Of a stretch of 64,000 bases of DNA, positions 1 to 11,113 are shown piece by piece; the first letter of the stretch is position 1, and each line of letters opens with the position of its first letter. A model generated the notes under the pieces. The model was not told the DNA's origin and ran no database searches. It was given only the letters and a program-made list of their open reading frames with translations. Source of the DNA: Eledone cirrhosa (lineage: Eukaryota); NCBI GenBank assembly GCA_964016885.1, contig OZ024742.1:165416001-165480000 (forward strand), read 5' to 3'. The position numbers and the translations under genes were made by a program.

Positions 1-50
1 CTTGGACGGCTGGAAATTATCTCCCCTTGGACGGCTGGAAATTATCTCCC
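1..50 (+). repeat. Monomer A (25 bp) example, two exact copies: CTTGGACGGCTGGAAATTATCTCCC
   Basis: 1-25 and 26-50 are identical. This monomer occurs in blocks of ~1-11 copies throughout the window. Confidence 0.98.
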
Positions 51-65
51 CTTGATTTTTTTTAC

Positions 66-147
66 AAATTATCTCCCCCTGATTTTTTTTTACAAATTAT
101 CTCCCCCTGATTTTTTTTACAAATTATCTCCCCCTGATTTTTTTTTA
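66..147 (+). repeat. Monomer B (26-28 bp) example: AAATTATCTCCCCCTGA(T)7-9AC
   Basis: Consecutive units differ only in T-run length. This monomer occurs in blocks of ~2-13 copies alternating with A blocks. Confidence 0.98.
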
Positions 148-2492
148 CAAATTATTTCCCCCTGATTTTTTTACAAATTATCTCCCCCCTGATTTTTTTT
201 ACAATTTCCGCCTGATTTTTTTAAAAATTATCTTCCCTTGGCTGGCGGGAAATTATCTCCCCTTGGACGGCTGGAAATTATATCCCCTTGGAAGGATGGA
301 AATTATCTCCCCTTGGACGGCTGGAAATTATCTCCCCTTGGACGGCTGGAAATTATCTCCCCTTGGACAGCTGGAAATTATCTGCCCTTGATTTTGTTTT
401 TACAAATTATCTCCCCCTGATTTTTTTTACAAATTATCTCCACCTGATTTTTTAAAAAATTATCTCCCCTTGGACGGCTGGAAATTATCTCCCCTTGATT
501 TTTTTTACAAATTATCTCCCCCTGATTTTTTTTTACAAATTATCTCCCCCTGATTTTTTTTACAAATTATCTCCCCCTGATTTTTTTTTACAAATTATCT
601 CACCCTGATTTTTTTTACAAATTATCTCTCCCTGATTTTTTTACAAATTATCTCCCCTTGGCTGGCTGGAAATTATCTCCCCTTGGAGGCTGGAATTTAT
701 CTCCCCTTGGACGGCTAGAAATTACCTCTCCTTGGACGGCTGGAAAATATGTCTCCTTGGACGGCTGGATATTATCTACCCTTGGACGGCTGGAAATTAT
801 CTCCCCTTGGACGGCTGGAAATTATCTCCTCTTGGACGGCTAGATATTACCTCCCCTTGGACGGCTGGAAATTATCTCCCCTTGATTTTTTTACAAATTA
901 TCTCCCCCTGATTTTTTTACAAATTATCTCCCCCTGATTTTTTTTACAAATTATCTCCGCCTAATTTTTTTAAATATTATCTTCCCTTGGCTGGCGGGAA
1001 ATTATCTCCCCTTGGACGGCTGAAAATTATCTCCCCTTGGACGGCTGGAAATTATCTCCCCTTGATTTTTTTTACAAATTATCTCCCCCTGATTTTTTTT
1101 TAAAAATTATCTCCCCCTGATTTTTTTTACAAATTATCTCCTCCTGATTTTTTTACAAATTATCTCCCCTTGGCTGGCTGGAAATTATCTCCCCTTGGAG
1201 GCTGGAATTTATCTCCCCTTGGACGGCTAGAAATTACCTCTCCTTGGAAGGCTGGAAAATATGTCCTTGGACGGCTGGATATTATCTACCCTTGGACGGC
1301 TGGAAATTATCTCCCCTTGGACGGCTGGAAATTATCTCCCCTTGGACGGCTAGATATTACCTCCCCTTGGACGGCTGAAAATTATCTCCCCTTGGACGGC
1401 TGGAAATTATCTCCCCTTGATTTTTTTTACAAATTATCTCCCCCTGATTATTTTTTACAAATTATCCCCTGATTTTTTTTTTACAAATTATCTCCCCCTG
1501 ATTTTTTTTACAAATTATCTCCCCCTGATTTTTTTACAAATTATCTCCCCTTGGCTGGCTGGAAATTATCTCCCATTGGAGGCTGGAATTTATCTCCCCT
1601 TGGACGGTTAGAAATTACCTCCCCTTGGACGGCTGGAAAATATGTCTCCTTGGACGGCTGGAAATTATCGCCCCTTGGACGGCTGGAAATTATCTCCCCT
1701 TGGACGGCTGGAAATTATCTCTCATCGGACGGCTAGAAATTACCTCTCCTTGGACAGCTGAAAATTATCTCCCCTTGGACGGCTGGAAATTATCTCCCCT
1801 TGATTTTTTTTACAAATTATCTCCCCCTGATTTTTTTTTACAAATTATCTCCCCCTGATTTTTTTTTACAAATTATCTCCCCCTGATTTTTTTTTACAAA
1901 TTATCTCCCCCTGATATTTTTTACAAATTATCTCCCCCTGATTTTTTTACAAATTATCTCCCCTTGGCTGGCTGGAAATTATCTCCCCTTGGAGGCTGGA
2001 ATTTATCTCCCCTTGGACGGCTAGAAATTACCTCGCCTTGGACGGCTGGAAAATATGTCTCCTTGGACGGCTGGAAATTATCTCCCCTTGGACGGCTGGA
2101 AATTATCTCCCCTTGGACAGCTGGAAATTATCTCCCCTTGGACGGCTAGATATTACCTCCCCTTGGACGGCTGGAAATTATCTCCCCTTGATTTTTTTTA
2201 CAAATTATCTCCCCCTGATTTTTTTTTACAAATTATCTCCCCCTGATTTTTTTTTACGAATTATCTCCCCCCGATTTTTTTTTACAAATTATCTCCGCCT
2301 GATTTTTTTTTAAAAATTATCTCCCCTTGAACGGCTGGAAATTATCTCCCCTTGGACGGCTGGAAATTATCTCCCCTTGGACGGCTAGAAATTACCTCTC
2401 CTTGGACGGCTGAAAATTATCTCCCCTTGGACGGCTGCAAATTATCTCCCCTTGATTTTTTAACAAATTATCTCCCCCTGATTTTTTTTTAC

Positions 2493-4065
2493 AAATTATC
2501 TCCCCCTGATTTTTTTTTACAAATTATCTCCCCCTGATTTTTTTTTACAAATTATCTCCCCCTGATTTTTTTACAAATTATCTCCCCCTGATTTTTTTTA
2601 CAATCTCCGCCTGATTTTTTAAAAAATTATCTTCCCTTGGCTGGCGGGAAATTATCTCCCCTTGGACGGCTGGAAATTATCTCCCCTTGGACGGCTGGAA
2701 ATTATCTCCCCTTGGACAGCTGGAAATTATCTGCCCTTGATTTTGTTTTTACAAATTATCTCCCCCTGATTTTTTTTACAAATTATCTCCACCTGATTTT
2801 TTAAAAAATTATCTCCCCTTGGACGGCTGGAAATTATCTCCCCTTGATTTTTTTACAAATTATCTCCCCCTGATTTTTTTTACAAATTATCTCCCCCTGA
2901 TTTTATGTTACAAATTATCTCCCCCTGATTTTTTTTTACAAATTATCTCCCCCTGATTTTTTTTTACAAATTATCTCCCCCTGATTTTTTTTTACAAATT
3001 ATCTCACCCTGATTTTTTTTACAAATTATCTCTCCCTGATTTTTTTACAAATTATCTCCCCTTGGCTGGCTGGAAATTATCTCCCCTTGGAGGCTGGAAT
3101 TTATCTCCCCTTGGACGGCTAGAAATTACCTCTCCTTGGACGGCTGGAAAATATGTCTCCTTGGACGGCTGGATATTATCTACCCTTGGACGGCTGGAAA
3201 TTATCTCCCCTTGGACGGCTGGAAATTATCTCCTCTTGGACGGCTAGATATTACCTCCCCTTGGACGGCTGGAAATTATCTCCCCCTGATTTTTTTTTAC
3301 AAATTATCTCCCCCTGATTTTTTTTTACAAATTATCTCCCCCTGATTTTTTTACAAATTATCTCCCCCTGATTTTTTTTACAATCTCCGCCTGATTTTTT
3401 AAAAAATTATCTTCCCTTGGCTGGCGGGAAATTATCTCCCCTTGGACGGCTGGAAATTATCTCCCCTTGGACGGCTGGAAATTATCTCCCCTTGGACAGC
3501 TGGAAATTATCTGCCCTTGATTTTGTTTTTACAAATTATCTCCCCCTGATTTTTTTTACAAATTATCTCCACCTGATTTTTTAAAAAATTATCTCCCCTT
3601 GGACGGCTGGAAATTATCTCCCCTTGATTTTTTTACAAATTATCTCCCCCTGATTTTTTTTACAAATTATCTCCCCCTGATTTTATGTTACAAATTATCT
3701 CCCCCTGATTTTTTTTTACAAATTATCTCCCCCTGATTTTTTTTTACAAATTATCTCCCCCTGATTTTTTTTTACAAATTATCTCACCCTGATTTTTTTT
3801 ACAAATTATCTCTCCCTGATTTTTTTACAAATTATCTCCCCTTGGCTGGCTGGAAATTATCTCCCCTTGGAGGCTGGAATTTATCTCCCCTTGGACGGCT
3901 AGAAATTACCTCTCCTTGGACGGCTGGAAAATATGTCTCCTTGGACGGCTGGATATTATCTACCCTTGGACGGCTGGAAATTATCTCCCCTTGGACGGCT
4001 GGAAATTATCTCCTCTTGGACGGCTAGATATTACCTCCCCTTGGACGGCTGGAAATTATCTCCCC
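2493..4065 (+). repeat. Perfect-looking 780-bp tandem duplication (also present at +23,762 and +56,426)
   Basis: Sequence lines 2521-3240 recur as 3301-4020. ORFs 3062 and 3842 are 780 apart. Confidence 0.93.
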
Positions 4066-7000
4066 TTGATTTTTTTACAAATTATCTCCCCCTGATTTTT
4101 TTACAAATTATCTCCCCCTGATTTTTTTTACAAATTATCTCCGCCTAATTTTTTTAAATATTATCTCCCCTTGGACGGCTGGAAATTATCTCCCCTTGGA
4201 CGGCTGGAAATTATCTCCCCTTGGACAGCTGGAAATTATCTGCCCTTGATTTTGTTTTTACAAATTATCTCCCCCTGATTTTTTTTACAAATTATCTCCA
4301 CCTGATTTTTTAAAAAATTATCTCCCCTTGGACGGCTGGAAATTATCTCCCCTTGATTTTTTTACAAATTATCTCCCCCTGATTTTTTTTACAAATTATC
4401 TCCCCCTGATTTTATGTTACAAATTATCTCCCCCTGATTTTTTTTTACAAATTATCTCCCCCTGATTTTTTTTTACAAATTATCTCCCCCTGATTTTTTT
4501 TTACAAATTATCTCACCCTGATTTTTTTTACAAATTATCTCTCCCTGATTTTTTTACAAATTATCTCCCCTTGGCTGGCTGGAAATTATCTCCCCTTGGA
4601 GGCTGGAAATTATCTCCCCTTGGACAGCTGGAAATTATCTGCCCTTGATTTTGTTTTTACAAATTATCTCCCCCTGATTTTTTAAAAAATTATCTTCCCT
4701 TGGCTGGCGGTAAATTATCTCCCCTTGGACGGCTGGAAATTATCTCCCCTTGGACGGCTGGAAATTATCTCCCCTTGGACAGCTGGAAATTATCTGCCCT
4801 TGATTTTGTTTTTACAAATTATCTCCCCCTGATTTTTTTTACAAATTATCTCCACCTGATTTTTTAAAAAATTATCTCCCCTTGGACGGCTGGAAATTAT
4901 CTCCCCTTGATTTTTTTACAAATTATCTCCCCCTGATTTTTTTTACAAATTATCTCCCCCTGATTTTATGTTACAAATTATCTCCCCCTGATTTTTTTTT
5001 ACAAATTATCTCCCCCTGATTTTATGTTACAAATTATCTCCCCCTGATTTTTTTACAAATTATCTCCCCCTGATTTTTTTTACAAATTATCTCCGCCTGA
5101 TTTTTTTAAATATTATCTTCCCTTGGCTGGCGGGAAATTATCTCCCCTTGGACGGCTGGAAATTATCTCCCCTTGATTTTTTTTACAAATTATCTCCCCC
5201 TGATTTTTTTTTACAAATTATCTCCCCCTGATTTTTTTTTACAAATTATCTCCCCCTGATTTTTTTTTACAAATTATCTCCCCCTGATTTTTTTTTACAA
5301 ATCTCCCCCTGATTTTTTTATAAATTATCTCCCCTTGGCTGGCTGGAAATTATCTCCCCTTGGAGGCTGGAATTTATCTCCCCTTGGACGGCTAGAAATT
5401 ACCTCTCCTTGGATGGCTGGAAAATATGTCTCCTTGGACGGCTGGATATTATCTACCCTTGGACGGCTGGAAATTATCTCCCCTTGGACGGCTGGAAATT
5501 ATCTCCCCTTGGACGGCTAGATATTACCTCCCATTGGACGGCTGGAAATTATCTCCCCTTGATTTTTTTTACAAATTATCTCCCCCTGATTTTTTTTTAC
5601 GAATTATCTCCCCCTGATTTTTTTTTACAAATTATCTCCGCCTGATTTTTTTTTAAAAATTATCTCCCCTTGAACGGCTGGAAATTATCTCCCCTTGGAC
5701 GGCTGGAAATTATCTCCCCTTGGACGGCTAGAAATTACCTCTCCTTGGACGGCTGAAAATTATCTCCCCTTGGACGGCTGCAAATTATCTCCCCTTGATT
5801 TTTTTAACAAATTATCTCCCCCTGATTTTTTTTTACAAATTATCTCCCCCTGATTTTTTTTACAAATTATCTACGCCTAATTTTTTTTACAAATTATCTC
5901 CCCCTGATTTTTTTTTACAAATTATCTCCCCCTGATTTTTTTTACAAATTATCTCCCCTTGGCTGGCTGGAAATTATCTCCCCTTGGAGGCTGGAATTTA
6001 TCTCCCCTTGGACGGTTAGAAATTACCTCTCCTTGGACTGCTGGAAAATATGTCTCCTTGGACGGCTGGAAATTATCTCCCCTTGGACGGCTGGAAATTA
6101 TCTCCCCTTGGACGGCTGGAAATTATCTCTCCTCGGACGACTAGAAATTACCTCTCCTTGGACAGCTGAAAATTATCTCCCCTTGGACGGCTGGAAATTA
6201 TCTCCCCTTGATTTTTTTTACAAATTATCTCCCCCTGATTTATTTTACAAATTATCTCCCCCTGATTTTTTTTTACAAATTATCTCCCCCTGATTTTTTT
6301 TACAAATTATCTCCCCCTGATATTTTTTACAAATTATCTCCCCCTGATTTTTTTACAAATTATCTCCCCTTGGCTGGCTGGAAATTATCTACCCTTGGAG
6401 GCTGGAATTTATCTCCCCTTGGACGGCTAGAAATTACCTCGCCTTGGACGGCTGGAAAATATGTCTCCTTGGACGGCTGGAAATTATCTCCCCTTGGACG
6501 GCTGGAAATTATCTCCCCTTGGACGGCTGGAAATTATCTCCCCTTGGACGGCTAGATATTACCTCCCCTTGGACGGCTGGAAATTATCTCCCCTTGATTT
6601 TTTTTACAAATTATCTCCCCCTGATTTTTTTTTACAAATTATCTCCCCCTGATTTTTTTTTACGAAGTATCTCCCCCTGATTTTTTTTTACAAATTATCT
6701 CCGCCTGATTTTTTTTTAAAAATTATCTCCCCTTGAACGGCTGGAAATTATCTCCCCTTGGACGGCTGGAAATTATCTCCCCTTGGACGGCTAGAAATTA
6801 CCTCTCCTTGGACGGCTGAAAATTATCTCCCATTGGACGGCTGCAAATTATCTCCCCTTGATTTTTTAACAAATTATCTCCCCCTGATTTTTTTTTACAA
6901 ATTATCTCCCCCTGATTTTTTTTACAAATTATCTCCCCCTGATTTTTTTTTACAAATTATTTCCCCCTGATTTTTTTCCGCCTAATTTTTTTTACAAATT

Positions 7001-10000
7001 ATCTCCCCCTGATTTTTTTTTACAAATTATCTCCCCCTGATTTTTTTTACAAATTATCTCCCCCTGATTTTTTTTTACAAATTATTTCCCCCTGATTTTT
7101 TTACAAATTATCTCCCCCTGATTTTTTTTTACAAATTATCTCCCCCTGATATTTTTTACAAATTATCTCCCCCTGATTTTTTTACAAATTATCTCCCCTT
7201 GGCTGGCTGGAAATTATCTCCCCTTGGAGGCTGGAATTTATCTCCCCTTGGACGGCTAGAAATTACCTCGCCTTGGACGGCTGGAAAATATGTCTCCTTG
7301 GACGGCTGGAAATTATCTCCCCTTGGACGGCTGGAAATTATCTCCCCTTGGACAGCTGGAAATTATCTCCCCTTGGACGGCTAGATATTACCTCCCCTTG
7401 GACGGCTGGAAATTATCTCCCCTTGATTTTTTTTACAAATTATCTCCCCCTGATTTTTTTTTACAAATTATCTCCCCCTGATTTTTTTTTACGAATTATC
7501 TCCCCCCGATTTTTTTTTACAAATTATCTCCGCCTGATTTTTTTTTAAAAATTATCTCCCCTTGAACGGCTGGAAATTATCTCCCCTTGGACGGCTGGAA
7601 ATTATCTCCCCTTGGACGGCTAGAAATTACCTCTCCTTGGACGGCTGAAAATTATCTCCCCTTGGACGGCTGCAAATTATCTCCCCTTGATTTTTTAACA
7701 AATTATCTCCCCCTGATTTTTTTTTACAAATTATCTCCCCCTGATTTTTTTTTACAAATTATCTCCCCCTGATTTTTTTTTACAAATTATCTCCCCCTGA
7801 TTTTTTTACAAATTATCTCCCCCTGACTTTTTTTACAATCTCCGCCTGATTTTTTAAAAAATTATCTTCCCTTGGCTGGCGGGAAATTATCTCCCCTTGG
7901 ACGGCTGGAAATTATCTCCCCTTGGACGGCTGGAAATTATCTCCCCTTGGACAGCTGGAAATTATCTGCCCTTGATTTTGTTTTTACAAATTATCTCCCC
8001 CTGATTTTTTTTACAAATTATCTCCACCTGATTTTTTAAAAAATTATCTCCCCTTGGACGGCTGGAAATTATCTCCCCTTGATTTTTTTACAAATTATCT
8101 CCCCCTGATTTTTTTTACAAATTATCTCCCCCTGATTTTATGTTACAAATTATCTCCCCCTGATTTTTTTTTACAAATTATCTCCCCCTGATTTTTTTTT
8201 ACAAATTATCTCCCCCTGATTTTTTTTTACAAATTATCTCCCCCCTGATTTTTTTTACAATCTCCGCCTGATTTTTTAAAAAATTATCTTCCCTTGGCTG
8301 GCGGGAAATTATCTCCCCTTGGACGGCTGGAAATTATATCCCCTTGGAAGGATGGAAATTATCTCCCCTTGGACGGCTGGAAATTATCTCCCCTTGGACG
8401 GCTGGAAATTATCTCCCCTTGGACAGCTGGAAATTATCTGCCCTTGATTTTGTATTTACAAATTATCTCCCCCTGATTTTTTTTACAAATTATCTCCACC
8501 TGATTTTTTAAAAAATTATCTCCCCTTGGACGGCTGGAAATTATCTCCCCTTGATTTTTTTACAAATTATCTCCCCCTGATTTTTTTTACAAATTATCTC
8601 CCCCTGATTTTTTGTTACAAATTATCTCCCCCTGATTTTTTTACAAATTAAAACCCCCTGATTTTTTTTACAAATTATCTCCGCCTGATTTTTTTAAATA
8701 TTATCTTCCCTTGGCTGGCGGGAAATTATCTCCCCTTGGACGGCTGAAAATTATCTCCCCTTGGACGGCTGGAAATTATCTCCCCTTGATTTTTTTACAA
8801 ATTATCTCCCCCTGATTTTTTTTTACAAATTATCTCCCCCTGATTTTTTTTACAAATTATCTCCCCCTGATTTTTTTTTACAAATTATCTCCCCCTGATT
8901 TTTTTTTACAAATTATCTCCCCCTGATTTTTTACAAATTATCTCCCCTTGGCTGGCTGGAAATTATCTCCCCTTGGAGGCTGGAATTTATCTCCCCTTGG
9001 ACGGCTAGAAATTACCTCTCCTTGGACGGCTGGAAAATATGTCTCCTTGGACGGCTGGATATTATCTACCCTTGGACGGCTGGAAATTATCTCCCCTTGG
9101 ACGGCTGGAAATTATCTCCCCTTGGACGGCTAGATATTACCTCCCCTTGGACGGCTGGAAATTATCTCCCCTTGATTTTTTTTACAAATTATCTCCCCCT
9201 GATTTTTTTTTACGAATTATCTCCCCCTGATTTTTTTTTAAAAATTATCTCCGCCTGATTTTTTTTAAAAATTATCTCCCCTTGAACGGCTGGAAATTAT
9301 CTCCCCTTGGACGGCTGGAAATTATCTCCCCTTGGACGGCTAGAAATTACCTCTCCTTGGACGGCTGAAAATTATCTCCCCTTGGACGGCTGCAAATTAT
9401 CTCCCCTTGATTTTTTTAACAAATTATCTCCCCCTGATTTTTTTTTACAAATTATCTCCCCCTGATTTTTTTTTACAAATTATCTACGCCTAATTTTTTT
9501 TACAAATTATCTCCCCCTGATTTTTTTTACAAATTATCTCCCCCTGATTTTTTTTACAAATTATCTCCCCCTGATTTTTTTTTACAAATTATCTCCCCCT
9601 GATTTTTTTACAAATTATCTCCCCCCTGATTTTTTTTACAATCTCCGCCTGATTTTTTTAAAAATTATCTTCCCTTGGCTGGCAGGAAATTATCTCCCCT
9701 TGGACGGCTGAAAATTATCTCCCCTTGGACGGCTGGAAATTATCTCCCCTTGATTTTTTTTACAAATAATCTCCCCCTGATTTTTTTTTACAAATTATCT
9801 CCCCCTGATTTTTTTTACAAATTATCTCCCCCTGATTTTTTTTTACAAATTATCTGCCCCTGATTTTTTTTACAAATTATCTCCCCCTGATTTTTTTACA
9901 AATTATCTCCCCTTGGCTGGCTGGAAATTATCTCCCCTTGGAGGCTGGAATTTATCTCCCCTTGGACGGCTAGAAATTACCTCTCCTTGGACGGCTGGAA

Positions 10001-11113
10001 AATATTTCTCCTTGGACGGCTGGATATTATCTACCCTTGGACGGGTGGAAATTATCTCCCCTTGGACGGCTGGAAATTATCTCCCCTTGGACGGCTAGAT
10101 ATTACCTCCCCTTGGACGGCTGGAAATTATCTCCCCTTGATATTTTTTACAAATTATCTCCCCCTGATTTTTTTTACAAATTATCTCCACCTGATTTTTT
10201 TACAAATTATCTCCCCCTGATTTTTTTTACAAATTACCTCCCCCTGATTTTTTTTACAAATTATCTCCGCCTGATTTTTTTAAATATTATCTTCCCTTGG
10301 CTGGCGGGAAATTATCTCCCCTTGGACGGCTGAAAATTATCTCCCCTTGGACGGCTGGAAATTATCTCCCCTTGATTTTTTTTACAAATTATCTCCCCCT
10401 GATTTTTTTTACAAATTATCTCCCCCTGATTTTATGTTACAAATTATCTCCCCCTGATTTTTTTTTACAAATTATCTCCCCCTGATTTTTTTTTACAAAT
10501 TATCTCCCCCTGATTTTTTTTTACAAATTATCTCACCCTGATTTTTTTTACAAATTATCTCTCCCTGATTTTTTTACAAATTATCTCCCCTTGGCTGGCT
10601 GGAAATTATCTCCCCTTGGAGGCTGGAAATTATCTCCCCTTGGACAGCTGGAAATTATCTGCCCTTGATTTTGTTTTTACAAATTATCTCCCCCTGATTT
10701 TTTAAAAAATTATCTTCCCTTGGACGGCTGGAAATTATCTCCCCTTGGACGGCTGGAAATTATCTCCCCTTGATTTTTTTTACAAATTATCTCCCCCTGA
10801 TTTTTTTTTACAAATTATCTCCCCCTGATTTTTTTTACAAATTATCTCCACCTGATTTTTTAAAAAATTATCTCCCCTTGGACGGCTGGAAATTATCTCC
10901 CCTTGGACGGCTGGAAATTATCTCCCCTTGATTTTTTTTACAAATTATCTCCCCCTGATTTTTTTTTACAAATTATCTCCCCCTGATTTTTTTTACAAAT
11001 TATCTCCCCCTGATTTTTTTTTACAAATTATTTCCCCCTGATTTTTTTACAAATTATCTCCCCCCTGATTTTTTTTACAATCTCCGCCTGATTTTTTAAA
11101 AAATTATCTTCCC

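Larger units (their letters stand above)
1..7574 (+). repeat. 7.5 kb segment, copy 1 (copies at +23,762 and +56,426)
   Basis: ORF-track offsets are constant (238/24000/56664; 3062/26824/59488; 7199/30961/63625). The copies share rare variants: ACAATTTCCG (~202), GGCGGTAAA (~4706) and TTTTTTTCCGCCTAA (~6971). Confidence 0.93.

Noticed and set aside
12-26. NF-kB/Rel site (GGAAATT...CCCC)
   Set aside because: The spacing of GGGGAGATAATTTCC (15 bp) does not fit the 10-11 bp GGGRNNYYCC consensus.
55-220. Poly-T runs as Rho-independent or Pol III terminators
   Set aside because: There are no preceding GC hairpins or transcription units. The runs are simply part of monomer B.
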